Part shown: piece by piece, positions 38,467 through 48,410 of the stretch
Numbering within the stretch: position 1 is the stretch's first letter
Layout: each line of letters starts with the position of its first letter
From: Patescibacteria group bacterium
Lineage (GTDB): Bacteria; Patescibacteriota; WWE3; UBA101185; UBA10185
Length of the DNA stretch: 64,000 nucleotides
Assembly (NCBI GenBank): GCA_049322215.1
Contig: JBMORU010000001.1
Span: 260,023 to 324,022, forward strand
Direction of reading: 5' to 3'
Position numbers and translations under genes: made by a program
The notes under the pieces: model-generated
Databases searched by the model: none
Told to the model about the DNA's origin: nothing
What the model saw: only the letters and a program-made list of their open reading frames with translations

Positions 38467-41331
38467 ATGTCCAAAGAAAAAATACTGTTAAACGAGTCAC
38501 AAAAAAAGGCAGTTGAATACTCTAATGGTGCCTTGCTGGTTGTAGCTGGTGCTGGAACAGGTAAAACTAGAGTTATTGCTCAAAGAGTTAAGAGTTTGAT
38601 TCATGATAAAAAGGTTAACCCACAGGGTATACTAGCCCTAACTTTCACAGAAAAGGCATCTCAAGAAATGCTAGAGCGCGTAGATGATGTAATGCCGTTA
38701 GGATACGAAGAGCCTTGGATATATACTTTTCACTCATTTGCAGACAGACTTTTGCGTAGCGAAGGTTTAGAAATAGGTTTAGACCCAAGTTATAAAATAC
38801 TTTCCGGACCGGAACAGTGGTTATTGCTAAGAAAGCACCTGTTTAAATTTGATTTAGATTATTTTAGGCCTTTAGGAAACCCCACTAAATTTATTTCTGC
38901 AATATTAAGCTTCATTTCACGCTTACAAGATGAAAATATATCGGCTAAGGAGTTTTCTGATTTTGCAGAAAAGTTTGTAGGTGAGGATACAGAGATACAA
39001 CGATGGCAAGAATTAGCCTCGATATACTTAGGTTATGAAAAACTTAAGCTAGAGCAGTCAAGGTTGGATTTTGGGGATTTAATAATGTGGGCAATTAAAC
39101 TATTTAATCAGCGTCCTAATTTATTAATCAAATATCAGAATCTTTTTAAACACACTATGGTTGATGAGTTTCAAGACACTAATCATGCGCAGTACGAACT
39201 TATTAAGCTGCTTTGTCCCTCAGATAAATTACAAGACAGAAGTTTGCTTGTTGTAGGTGATGACTCCCAATCTATATATAAGTTTAGAGGTGCTGCTATT
39301 TCTAACATCCTCGAATTTCAGGCAGACTATCCAAAGGCAGAAATGGTAACACTATTAGATAATTATCGCTCCTCTCAAAAAATTTTAGATCCGGCGTATA
39401 CCCTAATTCAAAATAATAATCCTGATACTTTAGAAACTAAGCTAGGTATTTCTAAAGAACTTGTAAGTAAAATTGATAACACAGCCTGTCCTGCACCTCA
39501 AATAATTCAGCTTGATACTATCGAAGATGAGGTTGAGTTTGTACTTAATAAGATTTTGGAATTACTCGGAAAAGAAGCCAACTACACCTACAAAGACTTT
39601 GCAATTCTCGCCAGAGCAAATGGTCATTTAGAGCCTTTTGTTATGGCTTTACGTAAATATGGCTTACCTTATCAATTAGTTGGTAATAGGGGCCTATACG
39701 ACAGAGATGAAGTTCGAGACATAATTGCTTTATTAAAAGTGTTGCTTAATCCTTCTGACACTATTTCTTTGTATCGCGTTTTAAACATTGAAACACTAAA
39801 TATTAGTACCGAAGTAATTTCAGATTTTTTGGCATCTTCCAGAGTTCAAAAAATACCATTATGGGAATTAATAAAAGCTTCTTCAGAAACTTCTGTACAA
39901 AGCTTATTAGACACGCTCAAAACCTATCAAGACCGTATTACAAAAATGACTCCTACCGATACTGTTTATCAACTTACTAATGCAATTGGTTACTTAAAAC
40001 AGTTTACACAAGAAGATACTGTTGAAAATCAGTTATGCATAAGAAATCTCGATTTATTTTTAAATATAGTTAAAAAGTTTGAAGTGAGTTATCGCCAAGA
40101 TACAAAAGAAATACCAACAATAATAGACTTTGTTGATTATTTAGACTTAATTATTGAGGCAGGCGATAATCCTGCACAAGCAGAAATACAAGATATAGAC
40201 ACTATTAACTTGCTTACGGTACATGCAAGTAAAGGGTTAGAGTTTCCTGTGGTTTTTATAGTTAATTTAGTGGGCGACAGATTTCCTACAAGAAATAGAA
40301 AAGATATGATTGAGATTCCAGAAGCTGTTATTAAGGAATCTCTTCCTACGGGAAATGCGCATATTCAAGAAGAAAGACGTTTGTTTTACGTTGGTATTAC
40401 TAGAGCCAGAAAACATTTGTACATGACTTTAGCAAAAAATTATGGTGGTAAGCGAGACAAAGTTCCAAGCGGGTTTTTGCAGGAGACGGGTTTAAACATG
40501 ATTGAGGCTGAATTTATAGATAAAAGTAACACTGCAAACCAAATAGGCATATTTGGATTAGAATCAGGTTATCGCGAACCCAAAGCTGAAAAAATAACAA
40601 ACTTTAGTCCTAAGTTTTTAAGCTACTCTCAAATTGCAACTTATGAAACATGCCCACTTCAGTATAAATATTCTTATGTTTTAAATATTCCTTCTGCACC
40701 AAACCATGCACTTAGCTTTGGAATTACACTTCATGATACTTTACGTGATTTCCACGCATCTTTAATGTTTGATCAGCCAGTTTCTTTAGAGGATGTGTAT
40801 CAAATGTACGAACGCAACTGGCAACCTTTGGGTTATTTAGACTCTGAACATAGAGAAATGCGCTATAACAGTGGAAAATCTTTGCTTGCAGATTACTACA
40901 ATAAAAATATAAACACTAAAATCAAACCCGTAGGTTTGGAAAAATCATTTAACATTTGGATGGGTGGAATAAAGTTTTATGGAAAAATTGACCGAATTGA
41001 CCCCTTGCCTGATGGTGGTGTTGAAATAATTGACTACAAAACTGGTAGTTTAAAAGATCAAAAACACGTAGATAAAGATTCTCAAGTTGCTTTTTACGCT
41101 TTAGGAGCAAAAGAAGCTTTAGGTTTAAATCCAAAAAAACTAACATATTACTACGTTGAAGCAGGGGAAAAACTTAGCACCGAAAGAACCGATGTCCAAC
41201 TTGAAAAGCAAAAGTTAAAAGTTGTAGAAACTGTGGAAAAAATAAAAGAAGGTGACTTTAATCCAAAACCCGGCATGCACTGTAACTGGTGCGACTACAA
41301 AGATATTTGTCCTCATGCCTATAAAGGTTAA
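38467..41331 (+). CDS. UvrD-family helicase fused to PD-(D/E)XK nuclease with Fe-S Cys motif (AdnAB/AddAB-like)
   Basis: AGAGTGKT, VDEFQD, HASKGLEF, EERRLFYV, GKIDRID, IDYKTG, CP...CxxC...CP; start moved to ATG 38467. Confidence 0.92.
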   Translation: MSKEKILLNESQKKAVEYSNGALLVVAGAGTGKTRVIAQRVKSLIHDKKVNPQGILALTFTEKASQEMLERVDDVMPLGYEEPWIYTFHSFADRLLRSEGLEIGLDPSYKILSGPEQWLLLRKHLFKFDLDYFRPLGNPTKFISAILSFISRLQDENISAKEFSDFAEKFVGEDTEIQRWQELASIYLGYEKLKLEQSRLDFGDLIMWAIKLFNQRPNLLIKYQNLFKHTMVDEFQDTNHAQYELIKLLCPSDKLQDRSLLVVGDDSQSIYKFRGAAISNILEFQADYPKAEMVTLLDNYRSSQKILDPAYTLIQNNNPDTLETKLGISKELVSKIDNTACPAPQIIQLDTIEDEVEFVLNKILELLGKEANYTYKDFAILARANGHLEPFVMALRKYGLPYQLVGNRGLYDRDEVRDIIALLKVLLNPSDTISLYRVLNIETLNISTEVISDFLASSRVQKIPLWELIKASSETSVQSLLDTLKTYQDRITKMTPTDTVYQLTNAIGYLKQFTQEDTVENQLCIRNLDLFLNIVKKFEVSYRQDTKEIPTIIDFVDYLDLIIEAGDNPAQAEIQDIDTINLLTVHASKGLEFPVVFIVNLVGDRFPTRNRKDMIEIPEAVIKESLPTGNAHIQEERRLFYVGITRARKHLYMTLAKNYGGKRDKVPSGFLQETGLNMIEAEFIDKSNTANQIGIFGLESGYREPKAEKITNFSPKFLSYSQIATYETCPLQYKYSYVLNIPSAPNHALSFGITLHDTLRDFHASLMFDQPVSLEDVYQMYERNWQPLGYLDSEHREMRYNSGKSLLADYYNKNINTKIKPVGLEKSFNIWMGGIKFYGKIDRIDPLPDGGVEIIDYKTGSLKDQKHVDKDSQVAFYALGAKEALGLNPKKLTYYYVEAGEKLSTERTDVQLEKQKLKVVETVEKIKEGDFNPKPGMHCNWCDYKDICPHAYKG

Positions 41332-41346
41332 TTATATTTAAAAAGC

Positions 41347-41406
41347 AAAAAAAAGGCCTTAGCTAATGAAGTGGTTTTATTTGTCCATTTCATTAACTAA
41401 AGCTTT
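41347..41406 (-). terminator. Terminator of ORFan cassette
   Basis: TTAGCTAATGAAGTGG/CCATTTCATTAACTAA imperfect stem plus U tract on minus strand. Confidence 0.6.
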
Positions 41407-41410
41407 AGGT

Positions 41411-41623
41411 TTAGGCGTACACCGGTTGTGTTTCAACAATTTCGGTTGCCAGATTGCTCAGCAGGGTCAGAAAATCTGGTTCGGGGTCTTGTCCGGGAAC
41501 TACCATAAACGAGCCTTCATCATCTATCACTATCTCGTTTTGTGAAAGTCCAAACAAGCGCTTGAACATTTGAACCAACGTCTCTGCATCTTCCAGGCTT
41601 TTGCAATAAAAAATGTACGACAT
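41411..41623 (-). CDS. ORFan small acidic protein (cassette)
   Basis: 70 aa; TTGCCA-N17-TATAAT; TAAGGAG SD; terminator. Confidence 0.7.
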   Translation of the reverse strand: MSYIFYCKSLEDAETLVQMFKRLFGLSQNEIVIDDEGSFMVVPGQDPEPDFLTLLSNLATEIVETQPVYA

Positions 41624-41745
41624 GATTATCTCCTTATTTGTGATCTGATATCTGGTATTCTCCTATTATAAACCTATAGTACAGATTTGGCAATATACTA
41701 ATATTGGTACTGCACATAATAGCACGTCAAAAAAGGGATCTCCAT

Positions 41746-41799
41746 AAAAAAACAGCCTTGTAATACAAAAGATATAAAATCCATGTACTACAAAGCTGT
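41746..41799 (-). terminator. Terminator of ORFan cassette
   Basis: ACAGCCTTGTAATACA/TGTACTACAAAGCTGT; G-U pairs and U tract on minus strand. Confidence 0.6.
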
Positions 41800-41811
41800 A
41801 TTTACTTGACT

Positions 41812-42354
41812 TTAACCGTATGCGCTCCATTTGCGGTTAAGCCACCATGCTTCAAAAAAGCCCATTTCTGTCTCATCCGCGTCTGCTTTGATTTTAAAGC
41901 TTGCTGCAAAACGGCCGTAGAGTATGTTTTTAAATGTAATATGCCGTTTTTTCGGAAGTCTGAACTTTGCTTTTACTTCTCCAGTCTTTGTATTACCTGA
42001 AGTTTGCATACACCCGGGCATTTTGCCAAGATAGCTGGTGACAGAACGCAACTGATTCTGTGGAACACCTGTTAAGGTTACATATACCTGTAAAGGTGCC
42101 TTGTCGCCATCTACCCATTTGCCATTTACTTCGTGCTTTTCTCCAGTACGTTTAACGGACGTGATGAATTTGTAAACCTCGCTTTTTTCAACTTGCGCTT
42201 GAAAACCCGAGGCAGCCCGCTCTACTACCTTTACGGTAATTTTACGTCCTGAAAAAACAATTTGGGTAACTCCGCTAATGTGACTTAGCTGTGTAACAAC
42301 CGCACTGGTGGTTGCCTTGTTGTTAACTATAATCTCGAAAGTCTCAGCTTTCAT
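41812..42354 (-). CDS. ORFan basic protein, possibly two HMA-like domains (cassette)
   Basis: 180 aa; TATAAT, ATCACATAAGGAG leader, terminator. Confidence 0.7.
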   Translation of the reverse strand: MKAETFEIIVNNKATTSAVVTQLSHISGVTQIVFSGRKITVKVVERAASGFQAQVEKSEVYKFITSVKRTGEKHEVNGKWVDGDKAPLQVYVTLTGVPQNQLRSVTSYLGKMPGCMQTSGNTKTGEVKAKFRLPKKRHITFKNILYGRFAASFKIKADADETEMGFFEAWWLNRKWSAYG

Positions 42355-42459
42355 TGGTTCTACTCCTTATGTGATTTTATTTGTAGCTAAAAATAACTGG
42401 CATAATTATAACGCTACTTTGGATAAATTGCTATAGGATAAGTGTAAAGCTCTTATATT

Positions 42460-43065
42460 TTATACAACGTAAACGAAAATATCATCTACAATTTTTACAG
42501 GCTCTAAATTTGGAAACTTAAATTTATTTGAAATAATTTTTGTACCTGGCTTTAGCTCTTTTAGTAGCTTTTTTTCTAGCTTTTCCATAATGTAAGGAAT
42601 ACCAAATAAGGTAATTACGTTGTATTCACTTAAGGTTACATCCCAATAGCTTTGTTTGTGTATTGTGGCCTTGTTTCCTAAAAATCTAAGCTTAACTCGT
42701 ATTTTTGATATGAGAGCTAAGTAAGGATCTATTTCGTAACCATGAACTTCAGCACCTTTTTTTGCCATAGATATAACTACTTTTCCGTCTCCAGACCCTA
42801 AATCAGCTATTTTCATGCCACTTTTAGGTTCTGCCAGTTTAACCATTTTTTTTACTGTTTTGTTTTCGCTTGGTACATAGTAAGCTCCAAAACCTACGTT
42901 TTTAAAATAGTGCCTCGTCCATATATCGCCTACTATTGTTACTGTAGTCATAATAAGCACAAAAGCAGCTATCAAGTATGTTACGTTAGCTTGTGGGTTG
43001 TAAGTGACATAAATTCCAAACAATAGTGAAACAAATAGTCCAATACCTGTGGTTATTTTATACAT
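42460..43065 (-). CDS. Membrane-anchored class I SAM-dependent methyltransferase
   Basis: GAYYVPS, ADLGSGDG, GYEIDP, ELKPGTKIISNKF. Confidence 0.85.
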   Translation of the reverse strand: MYKITTGIGLFVSLLFGIYVTYNPQANVTYLIAAFVLIMTTVTIVGDIWTRHYFKNVGFGAYYVPSENKTVKKMVKLAEPKSGMKIADLGSGDGKVVISMAKKGAEVHGYEIDPYLALISKIRVKLRFLGNKATIHKQSYWDVTLSEYNVITLFGIPYIMEKLEKKLLKELKPGTKIISNKFKFPNLEPVKIVDDIFVYVV

Positions 43066-43085
43066 ATTAAAAGTATAGCACTCGA

Positions 43086-44024
43086 CTATAGCGGAATAGT
43101 TTTTGTGAATTTGTAAGAATACTTTAGAAAATTACTGGTTATTTTTACGTACGGTTGTGGAAACTCTACTCTAATTCCTCCAAATTTTTCTTTAAAGTAC
43201 GATAAGCCTTCCCAACCTTTTGTTGCGTTAGGAAATCTTTCATCAAACACGCCGTCAAAGTCAATAAACTCGTATCCTTCGTTTTTAAGAAACATCAGAG
43301 TGTCCCATATTAATGTGTAACCAAGTTTGTTTTTTCTACCTCTGTTTGCTGTTCCACCATGTAAATACCAAACAGAATTTTTATATCCCAAATAAAACTT
43401 TGAAACATTTATTTGTCCTTCGAGGTCTTTTACCATTGTCACTATAGCTTTTTCTTTAAACAAGTCTCTTTTTATTTTCATGTCCTCAAAATTTTGAACA
43501 TAAAAATGTCGTGCTTTACTTGCTTCAAGTTGAATATCATGAAACTGCTTTAATATTTCATCATTAGGATTTTTATATATTTCTACAATAGCTCCCTCAC
43601 GCCTTCCTCTATTTATTCCATATCTGCCACTTTTAGTCACTTCTTTCCACAAAACATCTTTAGGTTTTTTTAAATCTATTATCAATGTAGATGGCGGGGA
43701 AATTGGAGCATAGCTAGGCATATACCCGTTTTGCTTTAACAATTTAATGTTTTGTTTAAGTGTAGGCTCTATTTTTATAAATAAAGCTTTATGTTTAAGG
43801 CAAATTTCTTCTATTTCATGCAAGTCTTGCTGATTAAGAGCATGTGGTCTTTGTATTTTCACTAAACTCCATAATAAATATGGTTTAATTTCTATGTTTA
43901 CTCCAGTAGAAGTTCTATACGAGACCCACCCGTACTTAGTTAGGTATTTAGCCCATTTTTTTGATTGTCTAAAATCAGGAATAGTTTTATATGTTTTTAT
44001 TTTATTGCTCTTAATAGTTTCCAT
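43086..44024 (-). CDS. FemAB/FemX family peptidoglycan bridge aminoacyltransferase
   Basis: FRQSKKWA, FIKIEP, YLHGG, GLSYFKEKFGG. Confidence 0.85.
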   Translation of the reverse strand: METIKSNKIKTYKTIPDFRQSKKWAKYLTKYGWVSYRTSTGVNIEIKPYLLWSLVKIQRPHALNQQDLHEIEEICLKHKALFIKIEPTLKQNIKLLKQNGYMPSYAPISPPSTLIIDLKKPKDVLWKEVTKSGRYGINRGRREGAIVEIYKNPNDEILKQFHDIQLEASKARHFYVQNFEDMKIKRDLFKEKAIVTMVKDLEGQINVSKFYLGYKNSVWYLHGGTANRGRKNKLGYTLIWDTLMFLKNEGYEFIDFDGVFDERFPNATKGWEGLSYFKEKFGGIRVEFPQPYVKITSNFLKYSYKFTKTIPL

Positions 44025-44932
44025 CGTAGTGTGTTTAAAGTATTAAAACTGTAGTAGAGAATTGGATTAAGTACAAGATCATAAGAACTCATGTACTCAA
44101 CATGGTTTCCTCCAAATTTTAGTTTAAAGTTTGTAAAACCAAACTCGGGATCTTGCTCGTCATTTGGGTCTTTTGCTGCTCCCCACATATCAAATAGTTT
44201 GCAGTTTTTCGATTTACCAAACTTTATAGCTTCCCAACCTATTAGGCTACTTCCTTGTAAATTTCTATGTTTATCTGAAGAGCCTCCATATGGGTAATAC
44301 AAAACATTTTCGTAAGTAAATAACATCCATGCAGCTAAGGGCTCATTTTTATACTCTGTAAAAACTATATGACACATTCCTTTTGGTGTTAAAAGTTCCC
44401 ATATTTTTTCGTAATATTTTTTTGGATGTATGTGATATTTTTGTCTGTCTGCAGTTTCTTTAAATAAATTAAAAAAGGTTTCAAAATCTTTTTTACTAAT
44501 GCCAACGCGGCCTATCACACCCTTTTTTTGTGCGTACTTAATATTGTATCTATGTTTTTTATGCATATTTTCAAGTAGTTCGTTTTCTGAAGTTGTTAAA
44601 TCTAAAAGAATGTTGTATTTAGTAAAAGTATTTTTATGTGCTTTTTTGCATCTTTCTTCAAAAATGTCTTTAGCCTGTTTTTCTTCAGCAGAGCCTTTTA
44701 TTACATTGGGAGCATCAAAGTTTATTGCAAAGCAGTTGTGTGCTTTTAGCGACTGCATTAATTTTTCCCAGTTTATATTTTTAGGATTAACTTTTGGGGC
44801 GTATGCGTAATTGAAATATGTATAAGGTAACCTGTGCAGTGTGTATTGTACTCCACCAACTCTTATTGCTTTTGTTCCATATTTTGTTTTGAACTCACCC
44901 CATTCAGGGGATTGCACCACATGCGTAGTCAT
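43997..44932 (-). CDS. FemAB/FemX family peptidoglycan bridge aminoacyltransferase
   Basis: QSPEWGEFK, RYNIKYAQKKGV, YPYGGS, FDMWG, FKLKFGG. Confidence 0.9.
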   Translation of the reverse strand: MTTHVVQSPEWGEFKTKYGTKAIRVGGVQYTLHRLPYTYFNYAYAPKVNPKNINWEKLMQSLKAHNCFAINFDAPNVIKGSAEEKQAKDIFEERCKKAHKNTFTKYNILLDLTTSENELLENMHKKHRYNIKYAQKKGVIGRVGISKKDFETFFNLFKETADRQKYHIHPKKYYEKIWELLTPKGMCHIVFTEYKNEPLAAWMLFTYENVLYYPYGGSSDKHRNLQGSSLIGWEAIKFGKSKNCKLFDMWGAAKDPNDEQDPEFGFTNFKLKFGGNHVEYMSSYDLVLNPILYYSFNTLNTLRWKLLRAIK

Positions 44933-44987
44933 GCGCCGATTATATCAGTTAATTGACCTTTTAATTTAGTTAAGATATTCTGATTAA

Positions 44988-45126
44988 GATCATTAAGGGA
45001 ATCCGTCCGCGGGGATGGGGTGATGGAGACTTAAGCTTGACTAAATTCCCTGACTTTATATAAAAGTTGTCGGGCTTAACAAAGAGGCCCGTGATGAGCG
45101 AAAATGGCCCAGCACGGGCTTCAATC
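44988..45126 (+). ncRNA. Putative structured non-coding RNA (family unresolved; 6S-like fold possible)
   Basis: GC-rich intergenic island after TTGACC-N17-TATTCT; stems TTAAGCTTGAC/GTCGGGCTTAA, AGGGAAT/ATTCCCT, GAGGCCCGTG/CACGGGCTTC. Confidence 0.6.
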
Positions 45127-45131
45127 TACTT

Positions 45132-45863
45132 ATGACTAAAAGTAAATTCATAATTTTTGCGTTAATAGCAGTTTTAGTAGTTGGAGGAATTAGTTCTTAC
45201 TTTTTAGGTGAGCCTAATGTTTCTCAAACTCCACAGCAAAGTGTTAAATTTGCAGAATTAGCTGGTACAACAGAACCAGCTTCCAAACCTGCAGTTATGG
45301 AGGAAACAAAAATGACAAATCCCGCAGACAAAAATGGTATGTATTCAAAAGCACCGGAAATGACGCTTGAAGAGGGAAAAAATTATAAAGCGCTAATGAA
45401 AACCTCTTTAGGAACAATAACAATAGATTTATACGAAGAATTAATGCCTATTACCGTTAATAATTTTGTATTTTTAGCTAACGAAGGTTATTACAACGGC
45501 GTTATATTTCATAGGGTAATTGATGGTTTTATGATTCAAGGTGGAGATCCTTCGGGTACTGGACGCGGTGGCCCTGGATATGCCATTGCTGATGAATTTA
45601 AAGAGGGTTCTACAAATGTACGTGGAACAATTTCAATGGCCAATGCAGGTCCCAACAGCGGAGGTAGTCAGTTTTTTATAAATCTTGTAGATAACACGCG
45701 TTTAGATTGGGACAAGGAGCCTTCCTCAAGTAAACACCCTGTTTTTGGTATAGTAACTGAAGGAATGTCTGTAGTAGATGCAATTGGAAACGTTCAAACC
45801 GCAGGTGCCGATAGGCCAGTAACAGACGTAGTCATTGAAAATGTTGAAATAGTTACTGAGTAG
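45132..45863 (+). CDS. Cyclophilin-type peptidyl-prolyl isomerase, membrane-anchored
   Basis: FHRVIDGFMIQGGDP, SMANAGPNSGGSQFFI, HPVFG. Confidence 0.95.
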   Translation: MTKSKFIIFALIAVLVVGGISSYFLGEPNVSQTPQQSVKFAELAGTTEPASKPAVMEETKMTNPADKNGMYSKAPEMTLEEGKNYKALMKTSLGTITIDLYEELMPITVNNFVFLANEGYYNGVIFHRVIDGFMIQGGDPSGTGRGGPGYAIADEFKEGSTNVRGTISMANAGPNSGGSQFFINLVDNTRLDWDKEPSSSKHPVFGIVTEGMSVVDAIGNVQTAGADRPVTDVVIENVEIVTE

Positions 45864-46640
45864 TTATTCTTCGGGTAACCGTTCTTTAAGTTTGTTAAAC
45901 ATGCTTAGCCAATCCGGGGCATCGTAATCTTGCGCTCTTTTTGCAGGGTCAATATTTCCCAATGTACATTCCTCATTTGAAAATACTTTATTAAGCATTT
46001 TCCGCGGATTTGAATAAGCACGCCTTAGAAACCCTTTATATTTTTTGAAATCACTGTTTAATGGACTGTCTGCTTTTTTTGTAAATTTTATTATAAAGCC
46101 ATCAACTTGAGGTTCTGGACTAAATAAACTTTTTGGAACAATTTGTATCATTTCCACATTGTAAAAGCTTTGTACATAAGCCGATATAAATGTACTATCT
46201 GGAGCCCTACTTTCGATTTTTTCCGCAACTTCCTTTTGTATTAAAATCACAACTCTTTCTGCTAACTGATCTTTTTCTAAAATCGTGTGGATTATTTTTG
46301 TAGTAATGTAATAGGGGAGCGATCCTATTATTTTGTATGAACCTTTTGGTTCGAATTTAGGTAACCACTCTAAAATATCTGAAAGTATTATATGTACATT
46401 CATATCTTCTAAATACATTTCCCCAAGCTTTGCTGTAAATCTATCGTCTATTTCTACTGCATAAAGTTGGTTTTTTTGGTCGAATATATTTTGAACTAGT
46501 TTTTCGGTAACCGCGCCTAAACCAGGGCCAATTTCTACAATTGTGTCATTGGGTTGTATATCAAGATGTTGAATAAATTTATTTATTACTGTGAAATCTT
46601 CTAAAAAGTTTTGTCCTAACTCTTTTTTAGGTTCATACAT
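45864..46640 (-). CDS. rsmA: 16S rRNA m6(2)A dimethyltransferase
   Basis: PKKELGQNFL, EIGPGLG, SLPYYIT, QKEVA. Confidence 0.95.
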   Translation of the reverse strand: MYEPKKELGQNFLEDFTVINKFIQHLDIQPNDTIVEIGPGLGAVTEKLVQNIFDQKNQLYAVEIDDRFTAKLGEMYLEDMNVHIILSDILEWLPKFEPKGSYKIIGSLPYYITTKIIHTILEKDQLAERVVILIQKEVAEKIESRAPDSTFISAYVQSFYNVEMIQIVPKSLFSPEPQVDGFIIKFTKKADSPLNSDFKKYKGFLRRAYSNPRKMLNKVFSNEECTLGNIDPAKRAQDYDAPDWLSMFNKLKERLPEE

Positions 46641-46701
46641 GTATTGATTTTAGCAGAAGCGTAAAATAATGGCTTTGCAAAAGGCATAGTATAATTCACA
46701 A

Positions 46702-47166
46702 ATGATATCAGTGGCATTAGAAAACATACGGAGTACGTATAATGTTGGAGCAATTTTAAGAACCAGCAGTTTTTTTGGAATAAAACAAGTAATTTTAATT
46801 GGCTATAGTGGAGTTGTTGTACTTCCCAATGGTAAAAGAGTTTTGCATCCGAAAGTAACAAAAACAGCATTAGGGTCTGAAAAAGATTTAGAAGTTGTTT
46901 TTTTTGAAAATTCAGAAGAATTTGTAAGGTATTGCCATAATCAAGCAAAAAATATTATTTCAATTGAGCAGAGTCAAAATAGTAATTCAATTAAAAATTG
47001 GCAACCAAAGGAAAATGACGTTGTAGTTTTTGGCAATGAAGTTGACGGTTTGTCGAATTATTTAATGCAAAATTCTAGTGCTTTAGTAGAAATCCCTCGC
47101 CTTGGAAAGCACCATTCTCTAAATGTTACTACAGCCTGTGGGATTGTATTAAGTAAGTTACTTTAA
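46702..47166 (+). CDS. TrmH/SpoU family RNA methyltransferase
   Basis: NIRSTYNVGAILRT, FGNEVDG, SLNV. Confidence 0.9.
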   Translation: MISVALENIRSTYNVGAILRTSSFFGIKQVILIGYSGVVVLPNGKRVLHPKVTKTALGSEKDLEVVFFENSEEFVRYCHNQAKNIISIEQSQNSNSIKNWQPKENDVVVFGNEVDGLSNYLMQNSSALVEIPRLGKHHSLNVTTACGIVLSKLL

Positions 47167-47169
47167 AGG

Positions 47170-47211
47170 TAAGTGCTCTTTTTTAACGCTATGCTAAAAA
47201 AGAGGCACTTA
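47170..47211. terminator. Hairpin between convergent genes (cassette terminator)
   Basis: TAAGTGCTCTTTTTTA/TAAAAAAGAGGCACTTA. Confidence 0.6.
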
Positions 47212-47220
47212 TTGTTTAAA

Positions 47221-47517
47221 TTACCAAAGATCTGGCAAATTCATTGAGCACGCTATTTGGTAACCTAAGTAGGCCACAAGTATGTATAGCAAAGCCCCTA
47301 TTACCATCCAGCCCGAACTTCCAAAAGCCATTTGCACACTTAAAAAAGTGCTGAATGCACCTATTCCCATTGCATAACGTGCTGGTTTTGCATACTTTTC
47401 GTCGGCCCAACCTGTATTTTTATTTGGTTTTTTCCCTACAAGGTAACCAAATGCAATTACAGTGATTAGGCATAACATGCTGACTCCCGGCAGTCCAAAC
47501 TCTTTTAAGAATTCCAT
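47221..47517 (-). CDS. ORFan 3-TM protein (cassette)
   Basis: 98 aa; AAAGGAGA SD; downstream hairpin. Confidence 0.7.
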   Translation of the reverse strand: MEFLKEFGLPGVSMLCLITVIAFGYLVGKKPNKNTGWADEKYAKPARYAMGIGAFSTFLSVQMAFGSSGWMVIGALLYILVAYLGYQIACSMNLPDLW

Positions 47518-47587
47518 ATGCAGTCTCCTTTATATTGGTGTTTGCGATTTCCAAATCTTATCAAACTAGCCTTTACGTGTCTATTTA

Positions 47588-48304
47588 TTATTCTGGTGCG
47601 TTTGTGAGCAAGTATACTTCAGCAGGACCTGTTCTCCAATCTCCCTGTGCCGCATTTTCGTAACCCAAGTCAATTTTGTTCCCTTTTATGGCACCTCCTA
47701 TATCTTCGGCACGGCAAAAGCCATATCCCGGAATGTACATGTTTGTTCCCAAAGGTATCACTGTTGGGTCAGTAGCGCACACCCCTTTTTTAACTTCTGT
47801 TCCACTGTATGTTCTTCCTGTACATCCTATGCAGTTTGCATCGTACTTTGTAGCCCATACATCTAGTTTGTGCCAATAACGAACTCTACCTAAGTCTGGA
47901 GTAGGTAAAAGTCTCCATACAATTTTAGTGCCTTTAGCAATTACTTCAGTGGTAGGGTCTTCAATTTCGGTTTTTTTAAGCTGTTTGTCTATTGTTTCTT
48001 CTTGCCAGTACGTTAAAAGATACGTTTTAGTTTTTAAACCTGTTTTGCCCTCTTTTATACGCTCTTCAGTTCCATACTCTAGTTCGTCTGTTTTTTCATA
48101 TGTTGTTTCATATGGAATATCTTCGTACTCTATTATTTCTTTTTGATCAAATGCCGTAGTGGTTTGAATTTTCGTTACATTTGAGGTGATTTCTGGTGTG
48201 CTCATTGTAGTAGTTGCTCCCAAAACGTTGTGGTTAACAGGTTTGTAAAAATTTATAAATATTGTACCCAGCAGTAAAGTTGTACTTAAAATACGTTTTT
48301 TCAT
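47588..48304 (-). CDS. G5 plus 3D domain protein (YabE-like)
   Basis: G5 ending EVIAKGTK; ATDPTVIPLGT, AEDIGGAIKGNKIDL. Confidence 0.9.
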   Translation of the reverse strand: MKKRILSTTLLLGTIFINFYKPVNHNVLGATTTMSTPEITSNVTKIQTTTAFDQKEIIEYEDIPYETTYEKTDELEYGTEERIKEGKTGLKTKTYLLTYWQEETIDKQLKKTEIEDPTTEVIAKGTKIVWRLLPTPDLGRVRYWHKLDVWATKYDANCIGCTGRTYSGTEVKKGVCATDPTVIPLGTNMYIPGYGFCRAEDIGGAIKGNKIDLGYENAAQGDWRTGPAEVYLLTNAPE

Positions 48305-48410
48305 TGCGTATATGTTATTTTAGCAAATGGCTCTGTTGACACTATAGGTCATTAGGAATATAATTGTAGAATCATAACCAGATCAGGTTATCACAAATAA
48401 GGAGATAATC

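Noticed and set aside
44995-45030. Partial likeness to RNase P CR-I, glmS ribozyme or fluoride riboswitch
   Set aside because: The partner conserved motifs of each family are absent
45084-45122. Hairpin resembling group II intron domain V or a hammerhead core (TGATGAG..GAAA)
   Set aside because: No AGC/CGC triad geometry or domain VI; the hammerhead CUGA and stem II are missing
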